A stretch of DNA of 64,000 nucleotides, from the NCBI RefSeq assembly GCF_028641065.1, contig NC_073390.1, positions 9,796,001-9,860,000 of the forward strand, written 5' to 3'. Position numbers and translations under genes: made by a program. The notes under the pieces are model-generated. The model was given only the letters and a program-made list of their open reading frames with translations. It was not told the origin of the DNA and did not search any database. Shown in pieces: positions 12,301-25,383 of this stretch (its first letter is position 1; each line of letters opens with the position of its first letter). The DNA is from Leucoraja erinacea. Its lineage: Eukaryota.

Positions 12301-15300
12301 TCTTCCATACCTACCTTGGAGATTTCTCCTTCATGTCCTTCCAGCTTCACCATACACTTGCGGTTTGCAGCACTGTAAACCCTTGCAGTACCTTGAAGCA
12401 AAACATGAATATATTCAGCATCATGGCTTCTCTAAGAATTTGGGACAAACATGGAAAACAATCCCAATAAAGACATGACATCCTCCCATAGTTGGGTGCA
12501 AGTTACAGCTTGACAAAATTTCAACAGCTGGAATCTACCAGGGAATGATTCCTGATATTGATTTCACTTAGGCAAGAGAATCCAGGCAATTATCACCTTT
12601 AAAAAGGAAAGTAAGTCAGATTTGCATTTGTGTAATGCAATCACAACATGGAGATGTATTAATGAACTTTAAGCCAATTAAATACTTTTTGAAATGTAAT
12701 CATTTTTATTGTGATTCCTCTAAAGATCACTGAATTATTCCACAAATACTTGTGAGTGGCAACTACATATTCTCAGGAAGCAAATATACCTTAGGGCATG
12801 TAATAATTAAATCCACCAAGCCACACTCCGAGTTCAGTTCTGAAACTGAAAAATGTATATAATGATTTAACTTTTTAATGGAGCTATTAAAATTTGAATA
12901 ATTAAATTGTTCTTATGGACTAGTTAAATAATTAAGCAATACAATTCTAGTGAAAATTAAAAAGCAATGTTGGCTAACATGCCAAGGCCTCCAATATTCC
13001 ACATTTATTACTTTTTATATTACTCATGTATTCCACAAAGCTAAACAGGCATACATCTAAAAAAAGGAAGTACTGGAAACACTCAGCAGACAAGGCTGCA
13101 TTTATAGAAAGCGAACCAATTAGCATTTTAGGTCCAGGACTCTTCATCATCCTGGTCCTGAAACATGAATATTTCTCTTTCCACAGCTTCTGCAGCATAT
13201 TCTATTTTTACTTTAAGATTTCCAGCATCCACAAATGTTTTTGGTTAGCATTTAGCTAACAAGATGATGTTCATATAAGTATCATTTTGTTTCATTCATT
13301 GCACACTACTGCCATTCAATTACTCAAGTTAAATGCTGCTATTCATTTAGATTTATGTTTATTAATGCCGGGTGTACTGAGATAGGGTGAAAAGCTTTTT
13401 TTTTTTGCATACCATCCAATCAAGTCAGATAATACTGTATATAAATCAAGTAAAACTTAAGTACAATCGGTGGCAAGGGGAAAATACAGAGTGCAGAATA
13501 TAGTTCTCAGCTCCTCAGCATTCAGTCATGTTAGAAATAATAAAATTTGTCCTTTTAAATTTTCTATCTAGTAATATCCTTTATCACTCATTCAAAAAAA
13601 TGGTTTGTGTATGTGTGTAACTTTGAGCCTGTTCCACCATTCCATGAGATCACATTTGATGTGCAATTGTCATTGATCAATTGATGCAATTGTAATAATT
13701 GAGACACCATCAACAGCTACTTACAGAAGTAATATACTATATCTCTCTACGTCACTGTCTATATCTCTCGTTTCCCTTTCCCCTGACTAGTCTGAAGAAG
13801 GGTCTCAATCAGAAACGTCACCCATTCCTTGCTGCCTGTCTCGCTGAGTTACTCCAGCATTTTGTGTCTATCTTCAGTTTAAACCAGCATCTGCGTTTCC
13901 TTAATCTACTATCTTCTTTGTTTGAAGAAAAAGTTTGAAAACTGCACTGTGTTTAAGATGGAACTGCAGATGCTGGAAAATCAAAGGTAGACAAAAATGC
14001 TGGAGAAACTCAGCGGGTGAGGCAGCATCTATGGAGCGAAAGAAAAAGGCAACGTTTCGGGCCGAAACCCTTCAATAAGAATGGTTTTGGCCCAAAACGT
14101 TGCCTATTTCCTTCGCTCCATAGAAGCTGCCTCACCCGCTAAGTTTCTCCAGCATTTTTGAAAACTGGTTGTAAATTTTAGACAATATCATGTGATCCTA
14201 AATAACCAGAGAAAACAGTTTAACGAATTAATGTCAAGATAGTTTTAATTTTATATTGTAAACCTTTAGCTCAAATCTCCTCTTAATTTCCTGGAAGTAT
14301 AATCTCACCAGCAATTAGAAAACCACTATTTACATCCTGATCCAGTTTAAATTTACCAGTTCCTTTATCAGGCTGCAAAGTGACCTGGTGCATTTAACAA
14401 CACATTTTCAGTTTTGAAAGAATATTAACTGGAATTTATGTGTAAAGGTGAAGTAGAGTGATGCCACATGAGGTGCCTGTACCAATTTGATGGGAATTGA
14501 CAATAAAGAATACTTATACTTATACTTATTTTGTGCGAGATCAATCAGCAGTGACATTGATTCATGCACAAGACCTAAGGTGTCGTGCCCAATAGAATGG
14601 ACTTGGACATTTTGTATTTACCAAGCTTTTCTTATGTTAGCTCCTGCCTTTGCTGAGCTAGTTGAAGAATTGCAGCAGCCTGCAAAGGGAAGGGGAGAAG
14701 AGAAAATCAACGCCAGAGATAAAATTATGCACTAGGGACATGATCAACCCACGGTCAATATAGGGTCAGCAAAGAGGCATTTCACTGGGGAAGCAGGGTG
14801 GATTGGGAGAGATGATCAGTGGGAAGGAGACGTTGTGGATATCAGCAGCATCAGATGTGACTGCTAGGAGCCCACGTTCCTCTGTAATAAATCAAAATGT
14901 TATGTGGAGAATGTCACTGATCACCTACACTATTATGCTGACTGGGTCTCAGTTACAAGGGATATGTTGATGGGAATTGTGCAGTGTTGAGCCACCAAAC
15001 TAAAACACTGCAGTACTTTTTGAAAAAGTACCCAGTGGTGTTAGCTCAGGATTTAGCACCAGCAACAGATAAAGAATAGTAATATCACTATGGTGTGTGA
15101 CTTGCAGGGAAAATTGCAGGTGGTGTGTTACTATGTGCCTCTCATTTTGACATTCTTGATGGCAAATCATAGTCATTTTTCTATGTTTTAGAATCTTACA
15201 GCAGTAAAGGAAAAAAAGGAAAACACATCTTCCCCGTACCACATGTAATGTGATACATCATGCGGCACCAAATTCACTGAGACCATTCTGACTCTTGCTG

Positions 15301-18300
15301 TTGCACCCGCTGATATTTAACTCTTCCCACCATCCTCACTGAGAATTGCTGTCACCAATGCACACACCCCACTGCTATACAGGGATGGATGGGTCATACC
15401 ACACGTTTTGAGATCACCACTGTTGGTGCGGCGCAGTAAAGTGTTTGGCTGTGTAGATCAATGGGGCTCATGGCACAATGCTTAGAACGATGGTTACTGG
15501 GTCAGTGGTAAAGGAAGCTAGCCGGATTTAACCTTTTTAGCAGGGAAGGGAGTGAAAAGAGAAATAAGTCAACAAGGAGAGGGAACGGGACAGGGGGAGT
15601 GAAAGGGAAAAGGAAAAGGAGAGGGGGAAGAGAAAGAGAGGGAGAGGGAGAAGAAGAGGAAGAGGGGGAGGGGGAAAGGAGGGGGAGAGTGAGAGGGAGG
15701 GGGAGGGGCAGAGGAAGGAACAAGGGTGTTACAGAGAGGAGAAAGGATGTAAAGTGGGAGGGAGAAGTTGGTAAATGGGAACTAAACGAGTGGGATGTAA
15801 TGATAAGGGGGAAAGAGAATTATGCAGGAGGGAAAGATGCCCACAGGACCCAAACACTCCTCTGCTTCAAATCTGGAGTTTGGTAAGATTCACTAAGATT
15901 CCCCCTCAATCTTCTAAATTCTAGCGAGTACAAGCCGAGTCTTTCCAGTCTTTCTTCATATGAAAATCCTGACATCCCAGGAAATAGTCTGGTGAACCTT
16001 CTCTGCACTCCCTCTATGGCAAGAATGTCTTTCCTCAGATTAGGAGACCAAAACTGTATGCAATACTCCAGGTGTGGTCTCACCAAGGCCCTGTACAACT
16101 GTAGTAGAACCTTCCTGCTCCTATATATACTCAAATCCTTTTGCTATGATACCTTTGTGTGTATGGTCCTCAGTTCCCAAGGAATTGTAAACGTAATGGA
16201 ATATTTAGTGATTATTTCTGAGCGTCCCACTTCTGACCTTATGATGGCTAGGGAGTCTTTAATAGCTAAAGACAGTACACTGCAGAACACTCCCCATTGA
16301 ATTCCTGTATCAAAGTTATGTGGCTCTGATAATTCAACATTCATACCAATTTCCCTGGCTGCAAGTTGTTCAGCCCACAGAGTGTCATTACCCCTTCAGC
16401 TCTTTGGGTCCTCATTGAGCTCTATGTTTGGCTCTATTGAGTTAACCAATTAAGTGATTCAGAAACAAAACAGAACTGACCATTGGTGAACTGATCATTG
16501 ACCGCGGTGAGACACTTTTTCAAACAACTGTAATTGTAGCTATTTAATTCACTTTACAGTTTCACATTAACAATTTTAGTGGGCAATATGTAAAAAAAAC
16601 ATACTTCTCAACCAATAAGGGTTGATTCACTGCAGCTACAATAAAGGGAATAGTCAACTGAACCCATGGTTCTATTTAGTGAGCTCTTTCAATGAGGCAG
16701 CCATCAAGGGAAAATATATATACTCTTTGATCAGTTCATTTCTAAAATTCTCATCTGCATCTCACAGGTAAATAGCCTCCTATTCATAGCCTACATGTAT
16801 AACCACTGCATCAACGTGTCTGATGTTATAAAATCATTAGTATAGACCTACTGTATATTATATCTGCAAGAATTAATGGGTAGGTCATCACACATTGATT
16901 CTGCTCATTGACTAAGGTTAATTCAGAGCAACAGAGGCTCTTGAAATAGTATCTGTCTGATAATGAATGAATGCCCTGAGATTAACATCGAAACCTTTAC
17001 AAGAAAGAAAATAACTCAACCAAAATTTTAAAAAATCTGTCTTCAATGGGTATGATTATAATAGCAATGGCAAAAACCTGAGAGCATTTTATTGAAAGCG
17101 GGGCATGTCAAATTGACATGCAAACACCAATACATGATGCAAAAAATAAAAACGGCTTTATGAAAATACACAGACTCTATTCTGAACCTGGTTGCGAATC
17201 CACCTACCATCAGCAGAAGCAGTTGCTATTAGCTGTCCTGTGTAGTCAAAGCACACATCAAGTACTTCATCTTCGTGCCCAGACAATGTTGCCACACACT
17301 TCCCACTAACTGCATCCCACATCTGGAAAATATCAGTATATGCAAGTCAAATGAAGCAATCTTTAAAGAGCCTTGAAATGAAATTAAAAGCAACATTTGT
17401 GGCAAAGAAATACTACACAGGAAAGCTACCTTAGATTATCGGGTAAATACGCTTTGAAGGCTGATCAGTTAAAACCTGATGATATATGAATAAGCTCAAG
17501 TTTACCCCTTGAATGAGGATGGCCAAGTTTGGAGACATGTGTGAGCATTCCAGCAACAGATGAGCTGAGACCGAGTATGGAGATAGGTAACATTATTGAG
17601 ATGGGTGTAGATAGTCTTGTCAATGAAAAGTAGGACAAATACATGGATTGGAAAGTTTAGAGGAATATGGCCCAAACGCAGGCCGGTGGGACAAATGTAG
17701 ATGAGCCATCTTGGTTGGCATGGGGATGTTATGACAATGGTCCTGTTTCCACACTGTCTGACTTTATGATTCTAATATGAGTATAAAGCTATACACACAT
17801 TGCTAAAGAATCTAGTAGATGTAGGTATGTTGGAAAGCCTACCTGAAACGTCGCTGAAAATCTGTCCTAGCCAGTGTGCGCGATTTTGGTGCCGTTTAGA
17901 GGGGGGCGGGTTTAAAACGTGATTTTCTCTAGGCTGTTCCAATCGAAGATGTTCAGCCTAGTTAATTATTAACGAAAAATCGCTGGAAGACCCCGTCGCA
18001 AAAGCTATTATTAGTTTTAAAGGCCTTGTATAATAGTTATAGTAGTTTAAAAATCAATCTCTAAACAAGCGACCACCGGCAGCCATCAGGGTCGCATATA
18101 GCAGACAACAGAAGGTAGGCTGTTTATTTTTACATTAAAAAGGGCTTCTTAAGATCCCTTTATACAAAGTTTAATGTTGCGAGTAGCTAATTTTGGGCCC
18201 ATTATATCCCGTAGTATTTTTCTGGGCATTGAGGCACAAATCTAGCGCACTGTGAACGTTCTAAACCAGCACGTTCACAGGATCCCACTAGAAAACTGAT

Positions 18301-21300
18301 TAAATTGACTTTAATTTACAGCAATTGAACACTAAATTCCTTCCATTTGGCCTAAAAATTAATGTAAATGAGATTTAAAAATCATGTTTTATTGTGAATT
18401 ATTTATGAATATTATTTGTCACTTAGGCTATTTAAAAATGTTAATCATATATTAAGAAATGGATAGACGTTTAGATCTAGTAATTGAAGTTTGAAATTAG
18501 CTACACTTGGGTAACTAACTAATTATATGCTTTAATTTCAGGTCATCCAAGTAAGATTATTTTATATTTGTTTCAGAATGGTTCAATCTACGATAACTGA
18601 AAATTTCATTCAGTTCTCTTAATTTTTAAGAAGGTTATGGGCTTTTGACTGCACACGATCACAGCTTTTTTGTTATGTCCATAGAAAATCAATAGGGAAC
18701 AAGATGCTTATTTCCGAGTATGAAAATGGCCATAACCTTTTAAATACTTGAGATATGAAAGTGAATTAGGTGTCAAATTAAACTTATTTTTATGCTTTAT
18801 CTGATGGGATAAATTACAGACTTGATTGTTTAAATCTCAAAATGTTGTAACATTGCTAGTAAATGTTCAATCACCAAGGCCAGTTGAGAAAGAGTTAATG
18901 ACAAGACAATGAAATGGTATTGAGGATCAGTCAAATATTTATTTGGAAGAAATTTCCATTTATTCATTAGTCCATGAAGGAAAAGCAGTGTGGTAAATAT
19001 GAACTTATGGAGGGTCCACAATAGGTGACAGTGAGGTTGTGCTACATATCATCAGGAAAAATGTAATTTGATGCATTTTCAAATAACAATGCTGAAACTA
19101 AAGTATGGATCCATTGGATTATTACCTTGTTTAAATACAAATTTGAATATTAAAATTAAAACGACTGGGATTTTCCTAGCAATGTCCAAGCAAATGCGTT
19201 GCAACTTCCTCTGCCCATACGGGCTAGAAATAAAGTCATAACCCTATTGAATAACAGAGCTAAAGATCGAGACATTGGCAATGTTCCTGCCTATTCAGAC
19301 CTCTCAAATTACATGCATCTTGATGGTTCATCTATCATTTCATTGGATTAATTTTTAAGAATGAGACCAGAAGAAATATAAAATAAGAATTAGCAATGTA
19401 ATAAAAATTATATTCTAGGCGATCAGTGATACATAATGTAATGTCAATACTGAGCCATTTCACACTTAAATTTCTCTCTGATTGAAGCATGCAGTTCAAA
19501 TTATTTAAAGGCCATGGAAATTTATATAGTATGACAATGTAATTTATTGTTAAACCTACCGTGCAAGTTTTATCCATTGATCCAGTAGCAATAAGTGAAC
19601 AGTCCCAGTTAAACTGTGCACTGCTAATCTCTCCTCGATGGCCAATCAGGGTGTGCATTCTCCTAACAGATCACAACATTAAAAATGGACAGTTAATATG
19701 TTTCAACTATTACGCATGCAAAGTTTAAATTATGACTGTCCCTATATTTAGATATGAAAACAAACTACAAACAATGACAGACTAAAATGCTGGAGTAACT
19801 CAGCGTGTCAGGCAGGATACCCAGCACAACATACAGTGCATTGAGAAAGTATTCAGACTCCTTCACTTTTTCCACATTTTGTTACATCACAGCTTTATTC
19901 TAAAATTGGTTACAGTCATTTTTTTAAATCATCAATCTACGCACAATACCTCATAATATAAAAGCGAAAACAGGTGTTAGTAATTATTGCAAAATAATTA
20001 AAAATAAATAACTGAAATATCATATTACGTAAGTATTCAGACCCTTTGCTGTAACTCTCAAAATTGAGCTTTGGTGCATCGTGTTTCCATTGATTATCCT
20101 TGAAATGTTTCTACAACTTGATAGGAGTCTACAAGTGGTAAATTAAATTGATTGTACATGATTTGGAAAGGCACACACATGTCTATATAAAGTCCCACCG
20201 TTGACAGTGCATGTCAGAGCAAAAAACAAGCCATGAAGACAAAGGAATTGTCTGTAGACCTCCGAGACAGGATTGTGTTGAGACACAGATCTGGGGAAAA
20301 CATTTTTTGGAGCATTGCAGGTCCCGAAGAGCACAGTGGCCTCCGTCATTCTTAAATAGAACTTTGAAACCACCAGGACTCTTCATAGAGCCTGGTCAAA
20401 CTGAGCAATCGGGGGAGAAGTGACTTAGGATAAAGACTTACTAACATATTCAGGGAGACCAGTCAGGATCGAGGTAAAGATGAACGGAGCAAAGTATAGA
20501 GAGATCCTTGATGAAAACCTGCTCCAGAGCGTTCAGGACCTCGGATTGGGGCAGACGTTCACCTTCCAACAGGACAACGACCTAAAGCTCACGTCCAAGA
20601 CAACGCAAGAGTGGCTTTGTGACAAGTCTGTGAATGTCCGTAAGTGGCCCGGCCAGAGCCCGGACTTGAACTCGATCGAACATCTCTGGAAGGCTCTGAA
20701 AATAGCTGTGCATCGACACTCCCCATCCAACCTGACAGAGCTTGAGAGGATCTGCAGAGAAGAATGGGATAAATTACCCAAATACATGTGTGTCGAGCTT
20801 ATAGCGTGATACCCAAGAAGACTTGAGGTTGTAATCACTGCCAAAGGTGCCTCAATAAAGTACTGAGTAAAGGGTCTGAATACTTATGTAAATGTGATAT
20901 TTCAGTTATTTATTTTTAATTATTTTGCAAAAATTTCTAAACACCTGTTTTCACTTTTTTATTGTGGGTTATTGTGTGTAGATTGCTGATAAAAACAAAT
21001 GAATTTAATCCATTTTGGAATAAGGCTGTAACGTAACAAAATGTGTAAAAAGTGAAGGGGTCTGAATACTTTCTCAATGCACTGTATATAGATGACATTT
21101 TGGGTCGAGAACCTTCTTCATATTGGATGCCTATGGATGAACAAGTTGATATACAAAATCGAACACTTTTTTTGGATACATGCAGGAAACCCAGAATATT
21201 CTTTCTCCACTTGTAAGGTCCAAAAATCAGTGCAGGCATCACACATTAGGCCATATTTTAGCCAGTGCTTTGGCATTATTTAAAGAGGGCATGCCTTTAG

Positions 21301-24300
21301 CTGGGAAGCTATCAGTCAGCCAAAAGTATTTGGTCTGCCCAGTGATCACTCACATCATCCTTTTTTCTGAAGATAGACAGAAAAAGCCCGAGTAACTCAG
21401 CGGGACAGGCAGCATCCCTGGAGAGGAATGGGTGACGTTTTGGGTTGAAACCCTTCTGCGTCCTTCTTTCTTACAGTCTAAGTCTTCAGAGCACCAACCC
21501 CTTCGTCCATCATCACAACATCCGTGCCCAATCTTCCTCAATCTTCTCTGTTGCCCACTTATGGAAATCTACCTCTACCTAGAGATTCTCCCTGTCCTCT
21601 GCAACTCCCATCCATAATGTTGCACCTTCAACTCACAATCCACTGCTGGATTGATTCACTTCACATTAGACTCTGCTTGATGTCAGAACTCATAAACAAA
21701 AATGTCTTTGTGTGGGGTTTGAAATGTAGGGCATGGTTTATTCCACGCAACATGTTGTGCGTAATAGAACGAGCCTGCTGCAAAGCCTCGTGCAAATCCA
21801 ACAAGGGACTTATCATGAATAGCTAATTTGGCATATATTTACAAATGCTTAAAAACCTCCTAGGCTATGTTTTAAACAGTAGTTCATTTCATGTTAAGAA
21901 ATAAATATCTCGCAGTTGCTGCATAAAGTATTAAATATTACATGACCACATGACATCCTGAGCAACGTTTTTTTGAATTTAGACACTGCTACAATACAGA
22001 AAACACAGCAAATGATTGTGGATTTGTAACGGTCATGTTGATTCTATTCCTTTTGCAAATGGGATGTTGTGAATGTTGTGTAGCGTTCATTATATTTTTC
22101 AAGAGTCACTTGATCAAGTTTCAAATATGAAGGTACATAATGTTAAAAGGAATGTAACTAAAATGATCAAAAATTAGCAAGTGAGAAAAGTAGACAGAAA
22201 TTGGGATGTAGATCTACTGTCTACTGTCTACTAGATATAAATACATTGCAAGAGTCTGTGCTCAACTCCATTTCCCCCAATAATTTATACAAAGATGCAA
22301 GACATTATATATTAAATTGACTCAAAATTGTATTGGAATTTCCAAAACATCATTAAAAAATAGGCTGAAGTATAAAACAAAGCAATTTACGAACCTTCCA
22401 GATCCCACATCCCAAACAGAAACTGTATGGTCAAAGGAGCCAGTGATAATCTTATCTCCGGTTGTATTAAATGACAAAGAAATTATTTCAGCTGAATGAC
22501 CCTGAAAGAAAGAAATAAAGGTATCAGAAAAGGTCAACATGAACTTCTGAAGTTAAATCATAGGAAGGTCACATTGAAAGTGAAGTTTTAGTCAAAGGAA
22601 AGGAAAGCAGAACTAGCGAAGCAATATAAACATATGTACAATGTTTGATTTAAGAACAAGAGAAGGCTATTCAATTCCTCAAGACTTCTCCAGCATGTAA
22701 TAAGAAAATGGTTGATCTTCAACTCCACATTTCTGTCTATCAGGCGTAACATTTTATACCATTTCTTAAAAATCTGTTTACTTCTGTTTTCAAAGTATCC
22801 AGGAACTCTACCTCTACCACCCTTTGAGGATGAGAGTTCCAAACACCTACAAACTTTGGAGAAAAAAATCTAATTTTCTCTCCATCTTAAATGGGTGATC
22901 CCTTATTTTTAAGCTGGTTTGTTCCAGGTTTGTCCACAGAAAACATCGTATTAATGTCCACTGTCGAGACCCTCACGATGTTATGCATTTCACGCAAGTC
23001 TCTCTCTTACTCTTCTGAGCCTTTGTGGGTATGAGCCTAACCTGTTCAACCATTTCTAATGGCCAACCCTCTTCTATTCCAGATATTAATATAAATCTTC
23101 TCTGAACTGCTTCCAATACATTTACAAACAATCATCAATGAGGATGTTTATATGGATATGGAATATAAATATTGATTCCACATTGGATCCCAATCTTATT
23201 CCCACTCCATTAATTTATCCATCACCCTTTGAAGCCTCTCTATGTTCTCTTCACAATTCACTTTCCTATCTAACATTATGTAATCAGTATATTTAGCAAA
23301 CAAAGCTTTGGTACCTTCATCACTATCTAAGATGCTACTTTACAGTGAATACAGCGCTGGAGACCCGGGTTCGATCCTGACCGGGTTCAGTGCTGTCTGT
23401 ACAGAGTTTGTATGTTTGGCGCAGACCTGTTTCCATGCTGTATCTCTAAAGTGCAAGTGATCACCCCGTATACTTGCACTACCCTACACACTAGGGACAT
23501 TTTACAATTTTTACCAAAGCCAATTACGGTAATCTACAAAGCTATACGTCTTTTGAGAGTGGGAGGAAACCGGAGTACCCGGAAAAAACCCACAGAGTTA
23601 CAGGGAGAACATACAAATTCTGTACAGGCAGCACCAGTGGTCAGGATTGAACCTGAGTCTCTGGTGCTGTATGACAGCAACTCTACCACTGCACCACTGT
23701 AGTATTGTGCTATCACCCACACAGAATTTTCTATCGTTCACTATAACTTTGATGTTGCATCTTATCAAATGCCTGCTAAGAATTTAAGCTCAATATAAAA
23801 ATGCATGAAAACACAGTTGGAGCAGCTGTAGGTCGCCATCTTTGTTAGCTTCAGCGCTTCTTCATGCGCCAGTTCCCCATATTCCTCAAGTTTTACATGT
23901 TTCAATTATTTGGACTCTCCCCGTCTCTCTCTATAATAAGATAATATTCTGCCTTTTGGCTCCTCTTACCAAAGTGCATGACCTGACACTTACCCACTTA
24001 AATTCTATTTGTTAGGTTTGCGCTCATCACTTATCATCTTTATACACCTTTGCAGAATCATCGGTAGGGCTTTCCATAAGACTGCACAGCATATTTTGGC
24101 CTGCACTATTATAATATAGCTACCAAGTATAACTGATACTTTATTATATTATTAGTGTATATTTATTGTCATGTATTGCATTAATATGACTGTAAAGCTG
24201 CAAATTAAAATGTCATTGTTCTGATCCCGGTGCATACGACAACAAAATATCCTTTGTTCTTGAGAATCACAATGTCCTCATCACAACATTTTATACCTTC

Positions 24301-25346
24301 TAATTTCATATCATGAGCAAACTTGGAAACAGTTCATTTCATCACATCTTTTAATTTAGAGATAAAGCATGGAAACAGGACCTTCGGACCACCTAGTCCA
24401 CGGCAACCGTTGATCACATGTTCACGCGTTCCATTTTATCTCACTTTCTTATCCATTTCCTGCACACATGGAACAACTTAAAGAGGCCAATTAACCTACA
24501 AACCCGCAAGTCTCTAGGATGCTGGAGGAAACTGGAGCACCCAGAGGAAACCCATATGATCACAGGACCTATCTAAACGCCACTATCGTTATCTGCCTCC
24601 ACCATCACCCCAGGCAATGTATTTCAGGCCGCCACCACTCTATATCAAAAACTTGGCCCGCATGTCTCCATTACACTCTCCCCCTTTCGAAGGATGAGAA
24701 GCCGAAGTGAAGAAGTGGAAGCCAAGATACTGAACGGAAATGACGCCGTAAAGACAAATAACCGAACAGACGCTACGCCAGAAAGTCAAATAACTGAACG
24801 GAGAGGACCCCGAAAAGCCAAATAACCGAAAGGGTACGATGCCAAAAAGCCAAATAACCGAACCTTGTCAGCGATTGGTCCATACATCACTGGCCGGGGG
24901 AGACGGGAGGGTGGGTTTTTTTTTAAATTTTCCTCCGCCGCTATTGGACTGCCAAAGATCATAGAGCAGATTATTTTTGTAAGCGTTGATCTACCACGGT
25001 GCNNNNNNNNNNNNNNNNNNNNNNNNNNNNNNNNNNNNNNNNNNNNNNNNNNNNNNNNNNNNNNNNNNNNNNNNNNNNNNNNNNNNNNNNNNNNNNNNNN
25101 NNNNNNNNNNNNNNNNNNNNNNNNNNNNNNNNNNNATAGACACAAAAAGCTGGAGTAACTCAGCAGGACAGGTAGCATCTCTGGATAAAGCAATGCGCGA
25201 CGTTTCAGGTCGAGACCCTACTTCTGAATTCTCGTCGGTGAGAGTACTTGTGATTGTCTGAAGAAGGGTCTCTACCCGAAATGTTACCCATTCCTTCTAT
25301 GCAGAGGTGCTACCTGCCCTGCTCAGTTAAAAACCTGCGGGGAAAA

Positions 25347-25383
<37 letters not shown>

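Noticed and set aside
24740-24865. CRISPR-like repeat-spacer pattern (AAATAACCGAA units)
   Set aside because: Units are short and degenerate, spacers are ~15 nt and similar to each other, the pattern is mirrored in an inverted arm, the context is eukaryotic and there are no cas genes.
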